A stretch of DNA of 64,000 nucleotides from Trichoplax adhaerens. Its lineage: Eukaryota; Animalia; Placozoa. Both the position numbers and the translations under genes were made by a program. Numbering within the stretch: the stretch's first letter is position 1; each line of letters opens with the position of its first letter. Shown one piece after another: positions 53,889 through 64,000 of the stretch. Location: positions 438,500 to 502,499 of the forward strand of contig NW_002060972.1 of assembly GCF_000150275.1 (NCBI RefSeq). Direction: 5' to 3'. The notes under the pieces were generated by a model. It ran no database searches. It saw only the letters and a program-made list of their open reading frames with translations, and was not told the origin of the DNA.

Positions 53889-54585
53889 TCTGCAATATAT
53901 CGATTTTATTTCGTATAAGACTTAGCTAGAAGAAATTCAGTCTATAAATATATTAAGTCCATCGGTGATATTAGCTTACGTAAAATATAAACTTCTAAAA
54001 TTGATATTTGTAATCTTACGGTAGAAATCAAGTTGAGGCTGAGTGTTATATTCCATCGCTCCGCCGAATCTATGGATACACCTGATTTGAGTGACGTTCA
54101 GTAATACATATGTACGCCAAACATTATTAATACATTTCTTCAATAGTGATAAATTCTAATGCAGTACATTATAAACTGTTTATAAAAAGAGTACAATATC
54201 AATGTAAAGACACAACTAAATAGTGATATAAATAAAACTATCAAACATGAATAATAATAATAATAATGTGAGATTAAATGGGTATATTGACTGTTTTTGA
54301 TATGTGATGAGTCATTTGTCCGTTAATTGAAAACTATAAGGGATAGTAAACAATAAGTAGCAACCACATATAATTAGTATGGGATAAGTACTACTTTTGA
54401 AATCGACTTTGGTCAGCCATCAATGACAGTATAGTTACGATATAATTTAAAGGATCAAGAAATTGCCGTTACCGATTATAAAGACCATAATGAAAAATGT
54501 TCTTAAGGTAAAAAAAACACTTCCCGTTGCACATATTTTTAGTAGCTAAAGTAACAAACTGAATTAATGTGCAATAGATTTAACA

Positions 54586-57500
54586 TTACGAATGAGGTGG
54601 AATATGATCCTTAATCTGGGGATCACAGATTGTACACAGCTCTTCTTCTAAAGTTTCATGTCTGTAGGCCACACGAATACCAGGGACATTCGTGCAACTG
54701 ATAGAATTTGATTCAATACCCTCTTTCAGGTAATTTTCTCCTAGCCAATGTTTCTTCAACTATTGGAGGTGTTCAAAATGGTGTTGCAATTACATTATCA
54801 ATCTATTACTGTAATTACAAAATATTCGACTTTTAATTATTATCTTACATTGTGCTCGAAACCACTCATCCACACACTATTTCGGGCCAGTTCACACATA
54901 TCACAAGGGTTAAGTTTCCATACTTGTGCTGCAATACTATATTCTTCCATCAAAGGTTCCTAAACAACAGGTAGAATATTCGCTTTATGTTTAGAATGGC
55001 ATTATTTGATGGAAGTGATTTTACTATTCATATAAAATAAACAGAGGGATTAATTGATACTCTAAATACCTTTGTAAAATGGAATTGTAGAGGGTCATCA
55101 GACGAAATCGATACAATTAGCCCTCTTGCATGATACGATGGAAGAGGGTTTCGATGATAATTCAGAAACAATGAATTGTTACTTAAAGGTGACATTGCAA
55201 TGCCCACCTGAGCCAAATAATATAAATATTGCAAAGCGGGAACCTGCAAGGAAAGCCGACAATTATTATATATTACTCCCAAGTTATTTCTAAGATTCGA
55301 TAGATGATAATAAATGTACATGCATATCACACACGCAGTTAAAGATAACATTTATAGAATTGAATATTCATTATACCTTTCGCAGTAATAAACCATGAGA
55401 AATATTTTGCGCTAAGATAAAAGCAGCCATCAAGTGCTCTACCGAACCTGCTTCTCCACAATGTGGTCGAAACATAAAACAGTTAAGACCACGTTGCCTA
55501 TATTCGTATAAACGAATTTTGCGATTATTTTCTATTCAAATGTAATACATACATATATAATTAGGTTTTATATTTACAAAGAGTTAAGGTGACCTACTTT
55601 CGTAAATTATTTAGCGCAGTAATATTGGCAAACATGTAAAAACAATAATAAGAGTATGGAGGATTCTCCGGTAGATCCCATTCATTTGGCAATGGGCTAT
55701 CTTCATGAAATAAATGGTTTTCAGCTTTACTTTCGTCATCTACACTATCAAAGCCAATTAGCTGTATAACGTATACGAATGAAAACATAGATTGCGTTAG
55801 TGTATTCAATTATCGAACTTTAAAGTATGCAAATAATTTAAAATCTATTAAAATATTTTGTCAAGAGTTCAACCTGTGGCAAAAAACGGTGCAATTCCGG
55901 GTGAGAACTAGGATTGCATGTGACTTCAAACAGGGGTGTGAATATGTTATCCAACATTTCTTGGAAATTATTGAGGAGGTTATTGGATTTATAAATGTTA
56001 CTAGTTATTAGAACCAATATTAAATGTAAAGATTAGTTTAATATAGTGACACAATTAAAAATGCTTTATTTACTGAACGCTAAAACTTACTACAGACGAG
56101 GGATTTGGATTAGCCATCTCACATTATCTGAATACACGCTGTTGTTCACAGCCCATCTAGCTAATTTATCCCATTCAATTTTCGATTTGCCGTATATTGA
56201 TAAGCGGGGCTCAGCCATTTGGTATTTGCTGTCTTCTAGTTCGTATGCAACCTCCTACACAAACGAAATATCCTTGAGCAAGTGATACAATTAAAAGGTA
56301 ATGGGAAATTAAATACCTTGATTAGCTCTCCAAAATATCTTCCATCGACGTAATTGTCAGTTTTCAAAAATATCTCTCTTAATCGACTTTCCCCTGTAAA
56401 AGTTGCGAAGTTATTCATTTTTAGCCTAGCTGATTTTAAGCGTAACGAAACATTGGTAACAAGCTCACCAATAGGGTTATACTTGAGATTGAATTTATCG
56501 AATCGATGAAAAGTGTTTCGGTCCTAGAATACGAATATCATGGTTATATCCAACTTAAGAACAAGATAATTAAGATTTGCTAAGTTGTTGAAAAGATATA
56601 TATATATTAACATACCGCATGGACATCCAACTTATCAACACTTAAGTCATATGACGTAAGATTAAGACTCCTAAAAACCTAACGAAGCGTGAAAGTTAAA
56701 AAATAACGTTCAAATTCGAGGTCTACAGTAAAGATAAATATATTCTTTAAACTATATTAAAATTGTTACTTTTTCCAAGGTCATCACATTTCCATTACGA
56801 AACAAGACCTCTTCGTTCGGACAATTTTTCATTTTATTCTTAATAAATCGTAGTAAGTGTTTTTGATTCATGCATGAGGCCGCGTGAACGTGAGTGTCAA
56901 CCTATATAAAAATTGGTATACAATGGACCTAGGTTACCAGCTGATAGAGAGACATACGTATTGTATTGTAGAAACCCATTTTTCTTACTTTTCGGACGTT
57001 ATAAAAATCTCGATGTGAAACTCGCTTTTGAGCTGCAATCTCATTTGTTTCATTTAGTAACACATGCAAATTAAATCGTGATTCGAGAAAAGACATTCGA
57101 CGATACGCAAATGATTTTCTATAAAATTTCAAAAATGATTCAAATCTTAGTACAGCGCTTTCGACTTGTTTAAATGCCTATAACGCCTATCATTCTTAAT
57201 ACTCGTATTTACATTGGTCCATGAGAACATAAAGCTAACAGAACGTTTCTATCCGAAACAAATTCCTGTACATCCGGATGTTTCAAGTCTAGTGGTTTTT
57301 CTCGCTCTAATGCATCCTTATCTTCATAGACCATGACAATACCATTTTTTATTTTACAAACGTTACCATTATCTGGTAAAAATTCGATATCGAAGGGGTT
57401 TACATCTTCAAAAGATTCTGTCGGTAATCCTAATGTATAAAGCACAAGATAAGGTTTAGTATGGCCATAGCATCGATGTTGTGTATCGAATCTATTTTAT

Positions 57501-60500
57501 TTGAATATAACGATCATCCTTTAGTTTGGTATGTACCGGCACAAATTGAGCGAGCAACATCTTCGTGATCGATACATTCAAGAGATTTATCAACATAAGT
57601 TTTTAGTGCCTTTTCGGTAGTACGGCAGAAACTTTGCCTGCTAATTTTCATATACTTCTGACGAATAAGTAATGCCTTGACGAAAAAGCTTGACGCCTCT
57701 TCTAGATTTCCCAGTAATATCTGTATTGATAGAATATTATCGTATTAGCGGTGATATGATTTGTTTAAACTAAATGGTTGTATTCAAAATGAACGCAAGT
57801 GTGTGTTATTATCACTTACACCGGAGTGACTGCATTCGTCTTCGTCAACATGAATTCTATGAAATTTTGTTGAATCTAGAAATCGTTCGCGATTGCACTG
57901 TGATCGATAACGACTAGCTAAATCTAAGCAAAGGAAATTATTTAAATTTCGTCGATTAGAACTATTTCAATATTTTTTTGGTAAATATTTAGAATTGAAA
58001 TCATTCATCAGATGAATAATGGAAAGTCATTCAAAAATTTTGAGAAATGTAAGGCAACTTCATTTTACGCAAAACATAAATAACACAATCAATGAACAGA
58101 GAAATACACATGTCAATAGTTTTGCCATTCATACCTTCATCTTTCGCATTCTTAAATTCTAGTTCTTTAATTCCTGCTTGCAACATAGTAGTTTGTAGAG
58201 CATCTTCATGAATTTGACGTTGAGCGATATCATCATCCGGCATTTCGAATAAGGAAGCATCCGGTGTAGAACTACAAACGGTGATAGTATTAGCAAGGGA
58301 AAGAATGATCCACAAGCAGTCAATTTTAAACGTTTACTTTCTAGAAATATTGCATCGGATAAACAAACGCATCCTTCTGAATTGAGCTATTACTTAAAGG
58401 CCTTGATTGGTTACACCAGGATAACAAGTTTGAATTTGAACGCATAGCAAGGGGTTTCCATTAGCATATCGTGATATAAAGTAATTGTTTCTAAATCAAT
58501 ACAGTACATGCTTCATTTATTTTAGGCTTTTCTACCTTCCCTTTATCAAAAGTTTTAAAAAGACAGATAGGAAATGACTTTTTCCATCGTATCGCAATAC
58601 CCTAGACGAGCTGCTTTGAACTAGTAGTCAAGTAGACAACACAAGTATGCAACCGTTGTGTGATGAGTAGTGGGACATGATTTGATTGTCTTCTGCGGTA
58701 TTCTAAAAGTGTGATGACAACAACTTTAGTTTTTGAATACTCTAGTATACGTAGGGTATGTTGGTATCGCGCACTATCTGTTGAAGAGAATAAGCAAATA
58801 ATCCTCTAATTGACAATAACATTACTTTGGAGTTGTCTGGTGTGTGGAATTGATTTTGATCAAACGTAGGAGTCCCTGTGACCATAGAAAAGATATCTGT
58901 TGCGTAGAACTACAGACATGCACGTGCTTCTACATCCTCTATCAAATAAAGGGCTAATGTTGTCATTTGACGACTTGAAAATCGATCATTTGAATACGGC
59001 GGGGCAACAGATTTTTGCAAAGTTTTCAAATTGAATTGTATACGCCAAAGTAAAACTTTAGTAAACACTTTGGGTAAACTGTTATCAATACAATTGTAAA
59101 AAGGAAAATGGACTGATATCGATGATAAAAAAAAAAGTACAATCTTTAACAGTAATTTTACCGTTGTCTCATCAACTGAATAAGAAAGAGTTTTATCTAA
59201 GCGATAGAATGAAGAACTCTATTTTGTTACTGCGTCTATTGTTTCTTGTTGGTTGGTGTTAGTTCTACTGTATCTTCGTCCATCTATTCAGCTTGAAGGT
59301 TAAAATTGAACAAAAGTATTGCATGTCGTGTCACCAAATTGTATACGAAATAGCGCGTAAAAGGTAAACACCTTTGAGCACTATTATTGCTAACGCTATC
59401 GGTAAAGAGAGATGATGGAAATTCCTTTTATTGTACTTTCTGTATGGACATGAAGTTGAAAAAAAATGTCGTCAGGCGATTACTGTACAATATTGCTAAT
59501 GGATATTGATTGCTGTAAGTGACTATTATAATAATAATAATTATTATTATTAAGGAAAAAGTAGTCGGATCTCAATTTCACCCATACTCCATTTTCAATT
59601 GTAACCTTGTTCAAGATTGTTATTTTGATCCAATATGGCTCCTTGGTGAATCAAGATTGCTTTTGTATCTCATTACAGTAAATCGTCGCTATTGTACTGT
59701 CTAGAAAGATGGCGATGCAGAGAGTCATTCAATCCTGTACTCTCTTTTACGAATTGTAAGCTGTGGTATTCTAATAGGAAAGATTTCTCCATACTAACGC
59801 AAAGCGTATATAAGTTGGTTATTGATAAGAGAAGATGCGAGTACGTTATGAGATGAGGGAATTTGTCTTCAAGATTGAGTATCATTCAAATCGATTAGCA
59901 ACGACAATGCTTGCCATTCGGTGGAGCTATATCAATCGACTTGTATCCGATCTACAGTACTGCATATTGAATGTGTATTGTGTCGATGGAGGATTAAGAC
60001 AATCATTACCTACTACGATCTTGTCCATACATCGAATGATCAGAGAATAAAAGTTCACGATTGAGTTCAGTCATGATAGAATTTCCCGCTTTGAATGTGA
60101 GCTGATGCAAGACTTCAATGTTAATAATGTCACCAAATGAGTTGTTTGCTTGTAAAAAAATGAGAACCAACTGAGAATGATGACCATTAATAAGAAGAAT
60201 AGTTCTTCAATTGCTTTCATGGACGATCGATAGTCATCCAGTAGGATTACATTAGCCAGCATCGAATGCCAACTTTAGTGGATAAACTCATTGATTTGCC
60301 TACTAAAATAACCAGTTCATCCCATGTAAAACTGTCTACGAGTCGACTCTACAGGATCAATTCTATCTACGGCTTGCCATTCGTCTTTATATCAACACCA
60401 GCTGCAGACTAATCCCATCATTTCCTCTATACGTGCTTATATATATATCAATTTTTCCACTTGATTATCTGTCTCAATCGATTGTATATAAGCATAGACT

Positions 60501-63427
60501 CCGAAGTGAAAATGAACAACTACTACAGTACAATGGTCGATGCATCAGCGTTCTGACTGACATTGTACTGTACTACAGTACTGTACACAGTATCACAAAT
60601 GAGCGGACGAAATTGGACTTAGTACTGTAGATAAATGAAGCCATTTGGAATCAATTTGATGTGAAAATTAGCAAAAATGCAAAACTTCATGTCCCAAATT
60701 GAATGTTAGACTTATTAGGCTACATCGACAGTACATCAATTTGATCCACTTCCATGGAGGCTTGATTGAACGTGCATGCATATCATTTTCTTTTTCCATT
60801 TTGTACAGTACTTTATACCGCAGAAGATGGAATGTTCCGGGGGAGGGGAGGGGGAGGGATACACAATAAAAAAATGGCCGTGTGGACATAAAGACATTTC
60901 ACATCTAGCGAGCCAAATAGATATTTCAATGTGGGAAAAGATGTCGCGGTTAACGCTGATAGACAGTACCTGGTCATTAGACAATTTCAATTGACCAATG
61001 GAAATTCTTAGTTCATGAACATCTGACTACATCATCATCATTACAGTTCTGGAACATTGGATACAATCAGGTTGTGACTACAAGCGATATGCCTACTATA
61101 GATCACATGGAATCGCGTTTGAATTAATTCAATAAATTGGCAACTCACAGTTGTCGACTGTGCTGTTGAGTATAGACTACTGAATAAGTAGCGTGTTGTT
61201 CGATTGTTGTTTCTACTAAGCAAGTAAGTATAGACTATAGGTGAAGAAGTCTAAAAATTGGTGCAATTATGAGTCACTTTATAACTATGTCGTGTTGGAA
61301 GAAACGACTTCGTTTAGCAGCTACTGCGTCCAGTCATGGACTACTTCATTAAAAGGATCTTTTATTTGAGTAGCCCATAGCAAAGCAGCAATGTTTATTC
61401 TAAAATCCAAACCATAACAAATTACCATGTAGCCATCGCCATCAAATACAGTATCATACTTTATATGGAGGGTCTATTGTACAGTATCATTATGTATCTC
61501 TAAATCACAGTATTTTTATGTATGGCAGCCTAGCACTTCCACATTGAAATGATTGCATTGCTATGATAAACTTGCCTACACTTTGTGTTATGTTTTCTGT
61601 ACACTCACTTGGAATTGTTTAATTTGACCTACAGTACTGTATAAGTGTATATTACCATGCCTTTTAAATTGTTTCCATTGAAGTTTTACCGATACTTTTA
61701 ATTAATGAAGCAATGTATTGATTTAAGTCCAGCTATGTTGTATTGTTGTGAATAAGGAGCATGGATCGGCAGATGAAAAGGCATGGTCGATTTTCTTCCA
61801 AGGCCATTGTGGGAAGGAAACAGTAATTTATGCATCGGTAATTTACGATAAACGTGGTTTGCAGTCCAACGAATACGTATAGCAAAACATACGGTAAAAT
61901 CAGTATTCATGAAATAGTGCATAAGTAGAACTACGAAAAGCATGGAATCCAAGCCTTTCAAATGCAATATTCAAATGATAAGAATTTTAGTCACCAGCTC
62001 ATACGATGTACATTCTATGATGCTTTACTGGAAGGCACAAGCAAATGGGAACTACCTCTTGAAATTCAATACTGATTGATTTTACAGGTGGACAAACCAA
62101 TACTGCTCTTTCACTGCTCGATGTGGTAGTGCGAGAGAAGGCAAATCAACTTCAATACTCTATGAAACAAGATATTGGGCAAGGGGACTTTTATTCTTTC
62201 TCTACGTCAAAACTTGTTTAGGCGGCAACACAGTAGTCTTTACAGTCAAATGTAATTATACAAATACAGCCCAATTGATAGTTAACTTGAAAGCCTTTTA
62301 TCGTCATTGATGGTAGATTGTCACAAATTGTATGTTGGTAATCAAGTTTACACGTATTCTTTTTACCACGATGTCATTAACAGATCAAAGTAGCCTTCCA
62401 AGTTTTGTGGCTCTATCGCTCCACTGATGTCATGGTTGCAATCAACATGAACATTTATACCGGCATTTGTGTACATCAAGATCGAGATACACGATTGATA
62501 TTCATTTCTAGAGTACGTATATGATCAACTATCCTGTGAGTCTATTGAAAAAGCATCAACATGTCACTGGTGCAATCTTGTTGGTATGACTTTGATCATC
62601 ATGATCCTTTATGCTAGCGATGCTATCGCATTTGATTAGCGTTGGTAAAAGCCTAGACATGATTGATTAGGAAAAGTGGGATAAATCACATTAAGAATTC
62701 TATTCTATTCTTATTATTTATTTAATTGAATTGTTGATGAGCATAGAGTATCAGGTTATCTACTGTATTATCGACAAGATCGATTCCAATATGGGACGAA
62801 ATGATCGTTGTCGCTGCGTCCTACCGTGTTCTACAAAGTACAGTAATTGCAATCTACAGAGAAAATAGGTACAGATGACAGTCCTCATTGGAATACATAA
62901 GGTCGACGTTGCATTTGAAAATGAGACCCAAGCCAATAGCGCTATTACGAGAATGATGTTAGAATGGATAGGAAAGCGTTTACACTGAGTAGAACATGTC
63001 TACTGTACTGTAGAGACCCTATTGATTGAAAAGTCTGCCTTGCTATGTTGCATGTAGACTGTATCCCGGTCGCATTGAAGATCCTTCCATCCCATTACAC
63101 TTTGCAGAAATCATGATTGGATACTGTCAACATACTGTAGGCAAATGGAATTTTGACGTTGGAGAGTTTTTCCTGGAAGGGTTGCACCGTCACTTGTACG
63201 GCCATCGTCAGTGACATCGTACAGTATGATTATTGGGGCTAATTACAGGGCGTTCTTATGCCAATCCTATTGCCTTACCTCATTCGATTGACGTCACTGG
63301 ATTTTCCTTTATTTTTCGATGGAATGAGTACAGGGACAGAATTCATTCGGTAAATCTTTTCTGTTATACTTGCAATGACGTCGTCGGTAGACGTCTTTTG
63401 ACGGGCTAAATGTCCATTTGATTCCAT
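54586..63427 (-). CDS. AMPD: AMP deaminase (AMPD2-like), 17 exons, about 760 aa
   Basis: Exons (5'->3', minus): 63427-63279, 58271-58135, 57923-57820, 57720-57537, 57429-57213, 57118-56989, 56901-56770, 56678-56616, 56523-56469, 56393-56317, 56254-56091, 56000-55874, 55761-55598, 55497-55377, 55243-55070, 54959-54849, 54759-54586 (2283 nt, phases consistent). Motifs [97 protein letters not shown]. Exon 1 (MESNGHL...VNRM) rests on Kozak-like atcATGG, a strong AG|GTAAGG donor and phase match only, so it is less certain than the rest. Confidence 0.92.
60839..60858 (+). other. G-quadruplex-forming motif G5-A-G4-A-G5-A-G3 in AMPD intron 1
   Basis: GGGGGAGGGGAGGGGGAGGG: four runs of at least 3 G with 1-nt loops. 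Confidence 0.7.
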
Positions 63428-63519
63428 GATTGCTGCGGATAAAATGGATTCTCCAAGTTGTTGAAGATGGACAGTGAGTCGGTAATTCCAATTCTTATTG
63501 TAATAATAATTACACCCTT

Positions 63520-63773
63520 TACAAACCCAATTGTCACCCCCTGAAAGTATGTACTGTAGCGAGTTTGCTTTGTACTGTACTCAACTCTACTCTACTCTAC
63601 TCTACTCAGGGGGTGACAATTGTGGGTTTGTACAGTACAAACCCATTTAAAAGGATGTACAGTACTGTAGCGAGTTTGGTTTGTACTGTACTCTATGTAC
63701 AAGGTGTACAGTACATTTGAAAGGATGTACTGTAGCGAGTTTGGTTTGTACTGTACTCTATGTACAAGGTGTA
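63520..63773. repeat. Composite foldback/tandem repeat immediately upstream of AMPD exon 1
   Basis: Perfect 16-bp inverted repeat aattgtcaccccctga (63529-63544) / tcagggggtgacaatt (63606-63621). Hairpin tgggtttgtac-a-gtacaaaccca (63623-63645). Three copies of gtactgtagcgagtttg(c/g)tttgtactgtactc (63551, 63662, 63727). (TCTAC)4 at 63586-63605. Confidence 0.85.
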
Positions 63774-64000
63774 GAATTTCTTTCTAGATAAATCAGTGAA
63801 AATTTTTATGATTTATTTTCGAATAAAACCCATAAAACTGTATATCTGCTTAAAGACTCAGATACTGTACTCAGCGCCAATAGCTTAAACGATGATACAT
63901 TATTCTAAGAGTCTGTACCTCAAATTTTTTAAACTGTGTTTGAGCATCATCATTGATTTCAATTTACAACAAGCATTCGGTTGCATAGAATTAGCCGCTT

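Noticed and set aside
37974-56285. ORFs antisense or off-frame to Rh/AMPD exons (37974-38201, 42370-42558, 48097-48390, 52488-52700, 54748-54963, 56046-56285)
   Set aside because: They are shadows of real exons in other frames or on the other strand.
58826-58885. ATG-initiated mini-exon [20 protein letters not shown] as the AMPD first exon
   Set aside because: Its donor is phase 0 while the 58271 acceptor needs phase 2, and the nearby acceptor leads to an in-frame stop.
59527-59552. (ATA)n/(TTA)n palindrome and the poly-Ile ORF at 59519
   Set aside because: Low-complexity microsatellite; the symmetry and the ORF are by-products.
63026-63491. ORFs 63026-63214 (+) and 63309-63491 (-) as separate genes
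   Set aside because: Non-ATG starts and no motifs; the latter is an alternative frame over the better-supported AMPD exon 1.
63551-63773. Three 32-bp direct repeats resembling a CRISPR array
   Set aside because: Spacing is irregular (111 and 65 bp), the intervening sequences are themselves repeated, there are no cas genes, and the context is eukaryotic.

Overview
AT-rich eukaryotic (animal) genomic DNA with short GT-AG introns and intronless GPCR coding regions. The style fits an early-branching metazoan such as a placozoan (Trichoplax-like); this is inference, not verified. I can support five protein-coding genes. Two are divergently oriented, paralogous class A peptide-type GPCRs (2745-4064 minus; 22427-24007 plus). 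Two are tandem 9-exon Rh-family ammonia channel genes (38065-43884 and 48054-53157, plus). One is a 17-exon AMP deaminase (63427-54586, minus) lying tail-to-tail with the second Rh gene. The spliced models were built by hand, and all intron phases are consistent. The best candidate for an undescribed system is this locus, which puts an ammonia-generating enzyme (AMPD) next to two ammonia channels. Both channels carry Ile instead of the outer Phe-gate residue, and a palindromic two-way AATAAA sits midway between the converging stops. Other observations: a GC-AG versus GT-AG donor difference between the Rh paralogs, a decayed dimeric ~290-bp tandem array, and two small hairpin-rich elements built on a GTACAGTAC core (one in the AMPD promoter). 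There is also a 39-bp codon-preserving repeat, a G-quadruplex motif and a 26-bp perfect palindrome. No CRISPR, rRNA, tRNA or transposase was recognised.
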